This document shows, in pieces, positions 9,736 to 23,000 of a DNA stretch of 64,000 nucleotides. Below the pieces are notes generated by a model. That model saw nothing but the letters and a program-made list of their open reading frames with translations. It did not search any database and had not been told where the DNA came from. The stretch covers positions 186,001 through 250,000 of the forward strand of contig JAQGDQ010000153.1 in assembly GCA_030141605.1 (NCBI GenBank), given 5' to 3'. The DNA is from Tubiluchus corallicola (taxonomy: Eukaryota > Animalia > Priapulida). The translations under genes were made by a program, and so were the position numbers. Every line of letters begins with the position of its first letter. The stretch's first letter is position 1.

Positions 9736-12617
9736 TCACGATTCGGTTTTAGCAACGCCAACTATTACAGGACGTAGTGTGCGTTTATGTAAACTATATC
9801 CTATCTTAATTACTTGAGCTATATGGCCCGGTTCGACATTTTTTGTTGGTACTTGGAACATGGCTTCGTGAAAGTTTGGATCAAATTTTGCACCAATTTC
9901 TGGATTGAGCTGTTCCAGTCCGTTTCTGTTGAAAACCTTCAACAGCTGGTCTTCCGTCATTTTTAAGCCTTCGTATAGACCTTTTAGGGGCTGATTAGCT
10001 TCTAGGTCTTTTGTCGTAACACTTTCTGTAGCTTTTGCTAAAATGTCTGCTACTTCCAACAAGTCTTTACAAAAACCTTGGATGCCAAATAATTTTGCTT
10101 CGTCTATCTGTCGTTGCAGTCTCTGTCTAACATTTTCTCTCTCAGCTAGGACTCTCTTGTATTTATCCTTAAAATCAAATAAGATGGTAATTATATGAGA
10201 CTCATTAATTGCAAAAAATACAGAGTAAGTACTGTGAGGTAAACGTAATTTAAGTACATAGTAAGGAATTCAGAGCTATCACTTATTTCGGCTGACCGGA
10301 TTTTCTGTCTTACTATGCATACATAAGATCTTGTTATAATTATATTTATGATACTGTATTACAATCATACAACAACAGTTATAATTAAATTAGTCCCACA
10401 ACTTTAGTCAGTACAATTGGTTATTGTTACCTCTTTATGGTAATGGGGAAGGGAGGTTTGTCAAAAACCCTCCTAATGTCATTTTTGTGGTATATCATTT
10501 AGTTTAAAAGCTGCCATCACTATTAGATGTCCTCTTCTGTGCTTCAGTGTTTACATGCTTACTAGGGTTTAAAACTTTAAATTCGGAAACGAACCAAATC
10601 CGAATCTTATTCGTTTAACTTTTAATACCAGATTGAATCCAAACCTTGTTAGGTTTTTCATTTTAGGACCACAGTAGTGTAAGAAATATAATAGTCTTGC
10701 TAAACACAGTAAAGTTTCTTAATTCTAATTTAGTTTTTCTCAGTTTATATTTAGCTTGCTTTGATTTTCACTTATTGCCATTTAAAGAAAAATGCTATTA
10801 GAATTACTATGCAAAATGTATATTATGTATCAGATGGAAATTTTTGCATATTTTATGACTGCACTTTCTTATTTTTACTATTATTAAACAAATTACTTTT
10901 ACTGGACTTCATGGAGGTAAAACCGGGTTATATCCAAATGGAAGCTTCGATTTGGATCGGAATCCAAAGTTCCAAAATAGCGAAGTATAGTCCATCCTAA
11001 TGTTTACTACATTAGTTGCTCTCTTGTATATTAATTGCATCAACAAATGGCATTCACTAAAATAAATTGATGTGCGTTGTTCTATTACAATGCAAATGCA
11101 TAAGAAACAACACAACTTCTTATTGTTCAACTCTATATCACTTTTTCATGCATACACATACAATAAATGGCAAAACAAAGATATGATGTAATTATGATCA
11201 TTGAGAGAAATGGTATTGTATTAGCACAGTAGTGTTTCTTTCTCAGATTTGTATACCGAGGAAGAAACACTTTGAAGTATACTGAGGTATACTGCACTTT
11301 CTGATATTATTGAATGCTGAATGTATACTTGGTTTGTAGGTGCATCCCTAGGCCAGTACTTGCATGAGCAAGGAAAAACTTTTACAGGGGCAATGGTCAG
11401 TCTTTCTAGCTACATTTCAGCTACTTAGTGTGAAACTGGTGTAAACCTAAAAATGCAATAATTTAATTTACATCTAATTCTTTTATCTGTGACATCATGT
11501 GTTCTGCTTCTTTCTGGAATGCTTTCTCTATCTCGCTGCTGTCAGCTTTCTTTTCTGATGTGGAAGATTCAGTCGCAGGTGCAGTTTTCTCTTCTGCTTC
11601 TTTTTCATCCGTAGAGGTCGAAGTCTTTTCAGCTGCTGTATCGGATGCCTTGTCTGCTGTAGAAGCATTGGTTGACGATGTTGCCGATAAAAATCGCAAG
11701 CGCCTGTAAAATAATTTGAGAAGAATCACTGTTGAGTACCTAATACCTTATCTAAAGAAATAAGGGCCTAGATGATAATTATCTATAAACGGTCCTCTTT
11801 CATATGCCTTTTGAAACTGTCAACTGATTAAGCACTGATGGTTGATGATGAAAGATGATTCCATGGTTGAACTACACGATGCCCAAAGAAGATGTGATCT
11901 GATGTTGGTTCTAGCTGGTTACCCAAATAACTTAGACTCATGACCACGAAAAACTCTGTGAGGCCTGGAAAAAAGTCTGCCTCAGTCAGAACAGTATTTC
12001 CACTAATTATTTTGAAGCAGTTCACAAGGTCTACAGTCTCGCGCCTTTGCTCAAGAGTAGAAATTAAAACGGGATTTAAACCAATAGCAAGACGAGTACA
12101 TCTATCCTGAGTTCTTTCGAAAGCATTCTTGAGAGTAGCATTCTAAGTAAAGCACATTTACTGGGTTTAAGTGTCATCAACTATTTGGTGCACCAGTCTA
12201 AAATTTCATCCAAGTCATGTTGTAAAATATAACGATCAAGATCGACCCAAATTGGACGAAAGGGCTTTAAATCATCAACAAATAATGGGATGCTAATCCC
12301 TGGGGAAATACAATCGGTAATATCATTTATAAAAATGAGAAAGCAGTATGGGCCACACAAGGTTCCTTGAGGGATACCACTTATAACGGGGCGCCATTCA
12401 GTGGTTAAACCGTTAAGAATAACAAGTTGAAAAGGATGAGCAAGAAAGTAAGTAAATTAAGAACATAAGATTTTAGTTTGCAAAGTTACGTTGAACGAAA
12501 AAGTAAAGAAACAGAAACTATTTACTGCTGCTGTATGGATAAACCAGCGAATCCTTTTATAATTTTAGGCAATGACGAAATCGACATTCTACAACTGCAA
12601 AGCATGATCGGTGCCAT
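9736..12617 (-). CDS. GRPEL1: Mitochondrial GrpE nucleotide exchange factor, 3 exons (~251 aa)
   Basis: Exons 12617-12526 (basic/hydroxylated presequence-like MAPIMLCSCRMSISSLPKIIKGF), 11703-11472 and 10167-9736 (DKYKRVLAERENVRQR...FGIQGFCKDLLEVADIL...FDPNFHEAMF...GYSLHKRTLRPVIVGV). Phases are consistent; exon 1 is the least certain. Confidence 0.92.
11800..12440 (-). mobile_element. Degraded CR1-type LINE reverse transcriptase fragment in GrpE intron 1
   Basis: Minus strand reads VISGIPQGTLCGPYCFLIFINDI...LFVDDLK...LQHDLDEILDWC*...KPSKC and later FFGHRVVQPWNHL, typical of CR1/L2-clade RT core and C-terminal motifs, with stops and an internal deletion. Confidence 0.85.
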
Positions 12618-12971
12618 CTTTCCTAATAAAGTGAAAACAGCATGGAATTCGAAATGTCATCAATAATACTAAATTAATTGCTTAGATATTATAAAGCTAA
12701 TAAATAGTTATAAAATCGTAGCTAAAATATTAGTTAATGCAATGTATTGTATTGCTGCACAGCAAATAATTGCAACAATAATTGTGCTTATAAAAACAGT
12801 TATCTCCACATATTTAACTGAGTCATAGTTTTTTAATTTTAATTAACGCCCGATAGGTGCCAGTGTATCGTTTCTTAGCAACGCAGTAAATAATTTCCGC
12901 ATCATTCTGTTCAGTGATTCTTAGTAGTCATTTCCGCAATTTTGTATATATTTGCCTGATATTTATTTAAT
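12618..12971. promoter_or_regulatory. Bidirectional promoter GrpE/DNALI1 with RFX X-box-like site
   Basis: Divergent start codons are 354 bp apart. GTTTCTTAGCAAC at 12870-12882 resembles the RFX X-box and lies ~90 bp upstream of the DNALI1 ATG. Confidence 0.65.
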
Positions 12972-15900
12972 ATGATTCCACCGGCTCATTCGCTTGTTAA
13001 ATATGATAATCCGACCTTGGTGACAAGGAAAACAGAGAAAAAATTGGTAAACGTTTCTTTTTTTGCCCTAGTACTAAATTGTAGTACTACTACTACTACT
13101 AGTGGTGGTAGTAGTACTACTAGTACTAGTGAAGAATGGTGAAGCTTTGTGCTTTGGTAATGTGTAATGTGCGTGTTCGCTATCCAGAACGATTAGAAGT
13201 AGGAGTTCGACTTATAAGTTTCTCCAACCCAAAAAAAGACTTGAGACAAATGTGACCATTGTGTCAGAGCATGCGGGAGGCCACATGAACAGCTCAACAC
13301 ATTAAAAATTAATAAAAATCGCACTGTCTGCTCAAAGAGAAGTTTTCTAATGTTTTATTATTACACTGTACTATTATTTATTACTGCTGGCTATTTGTAG
13401 AATGTGTCCTGCTAAATCAGGACTTAACGCACTGCAACAAGATATTCCAGATACTGTACAGCAAAAAATAGAATGTCGTTGGTTAAGTATGACTGTCTGA
13501 ACATACAGTAGTATAGTTAAATAGTTCAGCTGGGCTAACTTACTTGATTTTTATTTATTATATTCAGTTTTCGTGTTTATGTTAGATTTAGGTGCAAGAC
13601 ACTAAAATAAATAATTTGTTTTTAGAGTAAGTAAAACTGTTATAAAAATTTTGATTACAAAACAGCATGTAAAGCAAAGTTAACACACCGTTTCATATTT
13701 GTTATTTTAGAACTTTGTTGTAACTGTTGTTATAACTAGTGCTTTTATTGTAACTATTTTTGAAACGTTGCAATAAATCTTGGTATAGTGCACATACCCC
13801 TGCGTATAATAATTAAGTCCTCGTTGTAAGGATTTACGAGACAAGTTCTTATAGTTTGGTTTGTAGCACAATGATGCATTTTCTGGAAAAATTATTTGAA
13901 ATTCACCATTCTCTACTGTTTTTCACGCTTGTTTTTATACTGTAGCGATTTACAGCAAGTGAGTGTTTGTAAGAACGTGAGTTACGTGATCAAGGTGGGC
14001 GATCTATCTATTGGATGGTTTTCCTTGCATTTCTTAATATGTGTTTAAATTACGGCCTGGTGCTGTGTACCATATGTGGTACAGTATCTACTATTGCCTC
14101 TACGATTTGCATATAATTAAATTATTTGCATCATACAGTAAATGAGTATTCCAGCTATTTCTACTTGCATTTACAGGCTATTATGATCATTATGCTATGA
14201 TAAAATCATGTTTTACAGTCAAAGAAAATCAGAAATTGTTGACTAAGAGTTAACCAGAAATTATATGTTATAAATTTAAAGGGAAAGTACGGTTTTTCGG
14301 GGTCTCCTTTCAAATGTAAGCCCATCATTCATCCGTACTAAAGGGCATCGCACCGCCTGTAATATTTAGATGCGAGTTTATAAGTTATTGGATTTTTTTG
14401 TGAATGCAATTGTATAACTTTGGAATTTTCATTTTAATATGCAGTTGTCTACATTTCTAAACTTTTTGATCTATATCTGATCTTCCTATACTGATCATTT
14501 TTGCATTGCGATATGAAGTTATACTTTCACATACATTTTTGCATATATCTGCACATTAATTTTGTATATTTTGAATAAACTGTGGTATGAATTTTATGAG
14601 AATTTTATTTTCCTGGACCTGTATTCATAGGTCCATTTTTAAGTCGCCTGACTTTCCAAGTTTGAGACCTTATGCTGTCATGCAGCATCCATCATCTGTC
14701 CATAATGTGAGTTTAAATCAGTTATACCTGAATCACATAGCTTGAGATTTTTGGTATGGGTAACTTTGGGACAAAATGATGCTCACTGTCCAGAAGAGGT
14801 AGGAATCTCATTAGCAATGGTGGGCATAGTAAGAGGAACCGAGTTAATGTGAAGAATTGGAAGTGGCCTAGCTGTCACCTATTGATAACCCAGCATAGAC
14901 AAGAAGAAATTTGTTCCGTCTTCTAAGGTGGGAGGGAGGATGATCCATGATAGTGTGTATAGTGGTGAATTCCAAGTCATTGTGAGGAAGAGTGCCTTGT
15001 CACCTATCGTAACAAAAATATTTTATCCCTTCAGGAAAAAGGATAGCAGACTCAAGATTTTAATCAAGTTTGGTCAGAACATCACACAACTAGTAGATAA
15101 TACGTGTTACATCAAACGATTGATATATGTTACAAGCTTAAATATGCACTGGGCAAGATTAACCTATTTGCAATACTATAGGTGTCGCCAAATGTAATAT
15201 AGTGGTGATTCCAGATTATGTTATATACTGTTCTAAAGTGTGTAAAAAACTCTGTTATTCTGAGTGAGAAGAAAAGGCGGAAGTTGGAAAATTTTCGTAC
15301 TTTAACGGGGGAGAAACGCTGAATGTGTGACATTCCTGAATTGCCCTTTCTTTATTACCAAAGCCGAAAATGTTCACTAAAAAGGATACGTATTTATATG
15401 TAAAACACTGTACTCACTTGAGTTTAAAACTGTCAAAAAAGGAGAAACGATTAATTGCTATGCTAACATATATGTTTTGCTTATTTACATACACAAAACA
15501 ACAGTGAAAACAAACAAACAATTTTAAACAGTGCAATCATCTATATAAGCTAATGAAGATAATAATCTATAATTAAGCCGTGTAAATGGGGGTGATGTGT
15601 GTGTTCTCTACAACACAGTATTACCTATGAGTTAGCTTAACAGAAGTCTTTTATAACATTCGTTATATATAAAGATAGGTGAGGTACAAGTTTAAGATCA
15701 TGTATGCCATGTTACTTTTGCAAGGTAATGTGGCTTTGGCAAGTGTTTGACACTTGCAACAGTCCACGACACTGTTTATTGCACCACAGTTGGAAAATAT
15801 GTTGCTGTAGAATATGGTGTAGAGTGAGTATCTAGAAATTGTAAGTTTATAATGCATGTAATATTAAATCTGCAAGTTAGAGTATTTATAAAATACTAAC

Positions 15901-16786
15901 CAAATCCCACAAAAGCATTTTGTGCACAGCCATTAATACACGAATGCTCTACACATTTTTTGCTTAATGCCACTTTAGCGATGAATAGATTAACAGATAT
16001 TTATGACAATTATATAAAAGCTCACTCCATAAACTTATAACATAGTAGAATGGCCGGTGAAAACAATGCCCATAACAGTTGCATATTCCTGAACGCCTGA
16101 AAGACAAATGCAATGACTGTTTTAATAACATGTTTTATAGGGATGTTAAAAATGAACTTTGAAATACACCCATCCCATCTAATTAAGCGGGCATCTTTCT
16201 AAAGGAGCTTGGGTGCTTTATAGATCATTCTGCCTTGATATGTAGCACCCTGTCTCTAACGATCCCATTCTCAATAAAATGCAATAGAAATGCCAATTAT
16301 TGGAAGTTTTATGCATGTACTACTCACCAAACATCAATAATAAAAAAATAAATGCCCTGTGGGACCGTGGGTATCTGATACAATTTGTTTTATATATAAT
16401 TGTCATAAATCATTCAATAGTTGTTTGAGAAAATCCACATTGTGTAAGTAAATCCATAAATAAATGTAGGAGAATTCACAGTGTTAGAATTTGAAAACTG
16501 TGCGAGTGTGCAACTTACCGAATTTTTAAAATCTTAGAGTCCACCGCCAACAGCGCATTCACCTGCTGGGGAAAGGCCAACAACAAGTCCTGTTTTGGGC
16601 CAGCCCACAACTGCCTTTGATGCTGACGAGGCAAAGATATCACAGCAAACTGAAGAAATTCTTCACTCTATCTTGCCACCAAGGTTTGTGCATTATAATG
16701 TAATTGTAATAATAATATAATTATATTTGCACTAGTTGCACACGCACACTCACACACGCAAACTCTCACACGCACATGCACACACA

Positions 16787-16830
<44 letters not shown>

Positions 16831-18951
16831 CACACACATAAAATAAGTTCGTGGCTTTTAATACATGATTATTAATTTCTTTTTATGTTAACAGAGAATT
16901 GGAAGAAGATGGGCATTTCTGGATGCAAAATGTCTCCAGCACTCCTGCTACAAGACTGGATGTTATCAACTTGCAAGAGCAGTTGGACATGAAATTACAA
17001 CAGAGGCAGGCACGTGAAACGGGAATCTGTCCTGTTAGGAGGGAACTGTACTCCCAGTGTTTTGGTAAAATAAACTTTTTCGTGTTACATCTTATGTAAA
17101 ATAGAATTTATTTTTTAGTTCTTGTTTTAAACATACAAGTTGCCATTTACTAATATGCCAGTTAGAGATGTGACTGAAAACAGGCTTGTCATACTGCCAT
17201 GTAATGTAATTATATTTAAAATTACTGTAACTCAACTTGTACTTATGCAGTGGCTTTCTTATAAAATGTGCCGTAAATCATTATAACTCAGTTAAGTTGA
17301 CTAAGGTATAGTGAAACTAATGACAGTAAGTAAATGCTGTAGATCTAATATGACCATCCATGAATGTACTTGATTTAATTGTTGTATTTTCTTCTTGTCC
17401 CCTTCCTGCCCTGTTCCGTTACATTTTTTTTCTATTATAAAGCTACAGCATTGTATTTTCTGGAGGAAAATAATTTAATTGAATTCATTTAGATGAAATC
17501 ATAAGACAGGTAACAATAAACTGTGTAGAGCGAGGGCTGCTGTTATTGCGAGTGCGTGATGAGATTCGCATGACTATTGCTGCTTACCAGACTCTGTATG
17601 AAAGCAGTGTTGCATTTGGCATGAGAAAAGCTTTGCAAGCCGAGCAAGGCAAATCTGATATGGAGCAAAAGGTGATTTTTACAAAAAATATAGTTTTTTA
17701 ATGGTGAACTCTTTTGTACTTGTGGATAACTATCGCACTTGAATATTTATTTAATGTTGTGGCTCATTGTATTTACAATAGTCACAAGGCTGGACAGCAT
17801 GCATTTGGGTAGAACTTGGCATGGTATTTATATGCCGAATTCATGATCAGTAGCACTTCCAATTTGTGCGACACTGTCAGATTGCAATTATTATATTGTC
17901 ATCAAACTGAGAATTTGTTTGTATTCGAAACGAAATTAAACATTTTAACACATGTTTTGGTATCAGAGAGAGCTAGAATGGTTTTCTTTTATTAAATAAA
18001 CCGAGTTTTTAAACATGCAGACAAACTTCAATCTAGTGCACAACCTGGAAGAAAAAGAAAATAAGGAAAGTGCAGCACACAAAAAGGCTCACATTAGGTT
18101 TGCCAATGGTGAAAAAAAACTGTTTAAGATTAGAATTTCAGTTGAAATACCTGGTTGTATTTTATCAGTAACTGCATTAGGATTGCAGTAAGCCTACCTT
18201 TAATGTCTTTATCACTTTTGTATAACACTTTTAATTTAGTACTTATGCTCATCTTTTAATTAAAAGATTGAGCATTTAGAGGAAGAAAAGAAAGAACTAG
18301 AGCAGCTGGTGCAGGAGATGAAGATGAAATGTGATCAAATAGAAAAGAGAGGTTTGGAAATGCGGCAGGTAGAGGAAAAGAAGCATGCAGAAGAGATACA
18401 ATTTCTCAAGAAAGCAAATCAACAACTAAAGGTGAGTATTAGTGTTGAGGGTCAAATATTTATATTTGAATGAATGTTTTGAAATCTGGATATGAAATTT
18501 GATGTAAATAAATTTGAAAGGTAGAAAAATTTGAATGCCAACAACAGTGAACTGCTTCATTTATGCTTGCATTAACGTAAAGTTGCATACACGTAATTTG
18601 ACTTACAAGCTACATTTTGTGTAGCAAGAGCTACAGAGAGATAAAGAACCAAAATGAGTAAAAATTCTCCATAACAGTTCGGCGTCCCTACTCACAAACA
18701 GTAACCTCATTAAATTTGAATTTCAATTTTTTCAGCATAGGATGTATTGACAATATTTCATTTATTTATAGAGAATGTTATTAACAGCCTTTTTTGTTTT
18801 CATTTTACTGGGCTAAATTTTGCCCAAGTCGCTCAAGAAGCCATTGAAATCACAATTTGCAGTCAGGTTTCAAGAAGATGTTGTTTTCAAGAAATGATTG
18901 TTGTTTATTTTACAGACGCAATTGGAAGGAATTATTGCACCCAGGAAATAA
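12972..18951 (+). CDS. DNALI1: Axonemal dynein light intermediate chain p28, 6 exons (~256 aa)
   Basis: Exons 12972-13046 (MIPPAHSLVKYDNPTLV), 16538-16683 (QQTEEILHSILPPR), 16895-17064 (STPATRLDVINLQEQLD...QARETGICPVRRELYSQCF), 17493-17671 (DEIIRQVTINCVERGLLLLRVRDEIRMTIAAYQTLYESSVAFGMRKALQAEQGK), 18267-18431 and 18916-18951 (QLEGIIAPRK*). All GT-AG and phase consistent. Confidence 0.96.
13136..13337 (+). mobile_element. Frameshifted THAP-like zinc-finger relic, probably from a DNA transposon, in DNALI1 intron 1
   Basis: MVKLCALVMCNVRVRYPERLEVGVRLISFSNPKKDL / frameshift / DKCDHCVRACGRPHEQLNTLKINKNRTVCSK shows the CxxxxC ... (FP-like) ... ACGR ... VCSK layout of THAP domains. Confidence 0.6.
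15999..16410. mobile_element. Possible small MITE
   Basis: 18-bp inverted repeat ATTTATGACAATTATATA / TATATAATTGTCATAAAT bounding ~410 bp; no clear TSD. Confidence 0.35.
16737..16838. repeat. (CA)n/(CACG)n compound microsatellite
   Basis: Seen directly in the sequence. Confidence 0.95.
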
Positions 18952-19729
18952 GCATTTCATAGGAGGTGCCATAAGTTAATGACACATCACGACATCTTTC
19001 AGTGCCTTGTCTTATATATGTCTATATGTCTATATATATAATGCTTATCTTAAATTTAGTTTTATTATTGTTATACTGCAATGTGTAAACTATGCGTTAG
19101 ACCCTTTAAGTGCAATTGATATTTCTTCCCCTTTATTGCAGTATTGCTACATGGCACAGTATAATTACATGCATTTAGTTTTGTTGTCTTTTATTGCTCA
19201 TCAAACTTTAATTAAATAGGCAAAATTTTAAAACAAGTACAACAGGTGCATGTATATAGTAGTGACAGCTAGGTAACCATTCCCCTTCATAGACTGGTAT
19301 TGATTATTTCCCACCTTTGCTTGTTAGTACTTTTATAAGATCATAATAATTATAAAGTTGTCTTACCTTCTTAATAAATTTTAATGGAAACTGAGAGACT
19401 GTATAGTAATTATAAGATTGTTTATAAATAACTATAATTTTGTTACTTAACTGCTGGTATCTTACATAACATTCAATAACAATTTTTATAATTTTAAAGA
19501 AGCTTGCACTATTCATCTTTTGGATCATTTCGCAAAAGCATTAGCAGAACATTTCTGAAATATTTTTGAGACCCTGCAACGTAACATTTTTGAGACATTT
19601 TAGAAATGTGAAAATGGTAAGCGTTGCTGATAGCATTGTTTTAATGTCAATAAAAAACGGTTATTTTAAATTTCGGTGCTTATGCATTGTTGCTGCTATA
19701 ATCAAAGTACGCAAATTTGTTATTTTAGC

Positions 19730-19895
19730 TACTATGTTGTCGTTGTCATCGTCGTTACTGCCACTGTCATCATATTTGTTGTTGCAGTTGTTATTGTTGT
19801 TGTTTCTGTAGCTGCTTCTCCTAGTGCTATTGTTGTTGTTGATGATGTTGTTTTATATCGAGGTTGTTATTGCCATCGTCGTTATTATTGTCGTT
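19730..19895. repeat. Degenerate (GTT/GTC)n low-complexity tract
   Basis: Seen directly; it explains the Val/Leu-rich spurious ORFs here. Confidence 0.75.
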
Positions 19896-20077
19896 TGCAA
19901 TCATCAACCCATCGTTAGCATTCGTCACTGCTGAATGATCTATCTGATCTTATATTATCTGTACTCAATGATCCGAGTCATAGATGTTTATTAAAACAAC
20001 TGAAAATTGGGTGAATAAAAGGCTAAAGTTTTTCTGTATGACGCGTCACGGTTTCACCGTCGTGGGAAGCGTTAAAT

Positions 20078-23000
20078 ATGGACACGTTACAAAAATTTTT
20101 GTTATATTTCTGTATTTATTTTTGTGTAGGAATTTGTAGTGTTTCGTGTTTATACTTTCATATAGGAGAAACAGAAAGAAAATGTTTTGTAGAGGAAATT
20201 CCCGACGATACTGTTGTGACAGGTAATATTGAAGTTTTGAAAATCGTAGTATCGGTAGACGGAATACTATTATATTTTAAGGATCTCAATTGTAAAATAA
20301 GTTTACGTTTCGTTTACTAATTATGAAGAACTTACATGTTTACATCATGTAATATTCATGGAAGATTAAAATCTAAATTACGAGAAAATGAGTTCAGATC
20401 TACTTTAAAAAAATATGATGTAGTGGGCCTTTCTGAAACTTGGTGTAGCCAGCCAGCATTCCAACAATGATTGAGCTATGTGGATACACACATAACGAAA
20501 CACAGGACACCTAAGAGGAATAATACATCAACCCGAGGTGACCTTGCACCTTATACCTTGCAGTATACTACTGTAGCATTCCAGGTTACCAAATTACAAA
20601 CTTGAAATCCTAATCTTACTTCTCAATATGACTAAAGCTTCATGACATCCAGAATAACAGGTCTTTCTATATTGCTCCACTCTATATCATCCCAGAGAAT
20701 TCGCCATACTTCAAAGACCAGTGGGAAGAACTAGAAACTGAAATAGCTAACTATATATCGTTAGGCACTATAATCATAATGAGAGATGTAAATGCTCGCA
20801 CTGGTAGTTGGCAATCTATGAGATTATATAGATGACAAAGAAACAGAATGACATTAGCAACGAAATTCTGCACTATAATCTTGAAATATCAGAATGCAGT
20901 AACATGGATAAAATTATAAATAATTTTGGCAGAAAGCTCTGATTTATGTATTGCATGCAATCTAAGAATTGTAAATGGGAGGAAACTAGGGGACTCCTCC
21001 GGTTTACATGTCACACTTGTGTTGGAGATAACACAGTTGACTAAGTATTGACCAGTATTGACAGATTGACCAGTGAAAATGCATATGACTGTGCTATTCC
21101 AGTGTTCTGGATGGAAAATTTTGAAACTTACTCAGACCACCACAGAATAGTATTTCAAATAAGGCGTGAAACTTTATATACAATTTCAACTCCCGCACTT
21201 AACCAAGGAAATTTGGTTGAGAAAACTTTCAAGTGTGATATGTTTGCAAAAACTAGATGTCAAACTGCTTTCAACGGCGAACACATTTACGATAAAATAG
21301 CAGACTGTTTAAATTGTAACCTGTTTAAATTGTCACATATGCTACATTCTAGTCAGAAATTTATTTTCCATTAATTGCATATGTGTCCCATGTAGTAACT
21401 AGTGCAATTTATAATTATTAGAGCTAGCCTATTTTTGGGCTGTAATTTATGAGATGAGACCAAAAGAGACCGAGAACCTGATATTGCAGGTAAAGTTACA
21501 ATGGAACATGTATGCATGTTGTGATGAGCCGAAACGGGAACCAATTAGTGCCCCACTTTATCCAAACTGAACCAGATACTACATTTTAATTTCCAGTCTG
21601 AACTGAACAGAACCGAATATTTTTGTTTAAAATAATCATCACTTTTCTAAACCAAGTATCTGATTGTGTAGGGTGTTACTAATTCCAAAATGTACAACAA
21701 AAACGATGAAAATTCTTTGTTAACTATCGCTTCACAGTCACTATCTTGTTTAATGTTTTAATGTTTTATTTTTTTCTAAACTAAGTCTAATTTACAGTCA
21801 ATAATTAATGCAAGTCTATGTTTTTACTAACTTATACTTATTTCTGAATGCCATTAGGCCAGTCACAAAAAAAATTGCTTCAGCCTTACCTCATGAGGTC
21901 AAAAATTGTTTTAGAGAGGATATTTTTTCTAAAAAAAAATAGTTTGATTATTTTCCACTGGTTAGAAGTAAATTTTTTTTATTTACTTCTATGCACATTA
22001 TTTTCACACTTTGGTTTTTAGTTTTTTATTTCACACTACTTAATTATAGTATAATTATCGATAAATGCATATGCTCTTTTATGTACGGTATGAATGTGTA
22101 TTATGGTAATTATGCTATAAATGGCAACACATTTGGCCATTAATACGATAATTTTTAGCCTCCAATACGATAATCAGCATTATAGTGAAACAGCAACCCT
22201 GGACATGAATTAGCTGTAGAAAAACATGTCGCTAAAGCATTGATGTTATAATAATTTTTGCTTTTTACATTTTAAATAAAAAAATATGCTTTTATACGAT
22301 TATGCCAGATAAGTTTATGAATGTACAAAAAAAATTATGAAATTCGTAGCCGGGTATGCGATAAAAAAATTACCCGAGCGATTAGACAGAATCAAAAACA
22401 TATTTATTGTTGGCTTTACTCTGCCCGTGGCAACCCACATTACTATATTTCCAAGATAATTGACCTAATTCTCATTACGCAAATTTTCTGTTTACCATGT
22501 ATTAATACGAATTTATTTATACTACTAAAGATATACTTTATAGTAATGAAAATTATAGGGTGTATACCAGTCTTGGTATCAAGGTGCTAGCACAAGGTAT
22601 AACATTACATTCACAAGAAAGTATCAAGTGGTACTTAGTGATGTGGGTTTTCACCTTGTTCAGTAATTATTTTGCTGCTTACGAGTTTAGCCAATTCATT
22701 CATGTTCATAAAGAGAGTGTTCTGTATGCACATGCAAGTTATACACAATTACTGGTGATTGGCAGTACAGCAGATATGCATAAAAAGTTAAAAAGTCTAA
22801 CAGAAAACAGTTAAGAAAGTGACCACACTATTTGGCTAATAGTATTAGTATAGAACTTAGTAAGTTTTTTAATCAATATCCGATGAAGAACTGAAAAATC
22901 TCAAACTTGCTTATTAAACTGTAACCATGATTTTATATCATAGCTATTCACTATAGTAGCTCAGCTGTTCAATTTCATTCTCTACAATGCACTCAGCTCA

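Noticed and set aside
11180-11310. Possible intronic C/D snoRNA with a 14-bp hairpin at 11231-11271
   Set aside because: Imperfect C box, weak terminal stem, and no rRNA guide I can verify.
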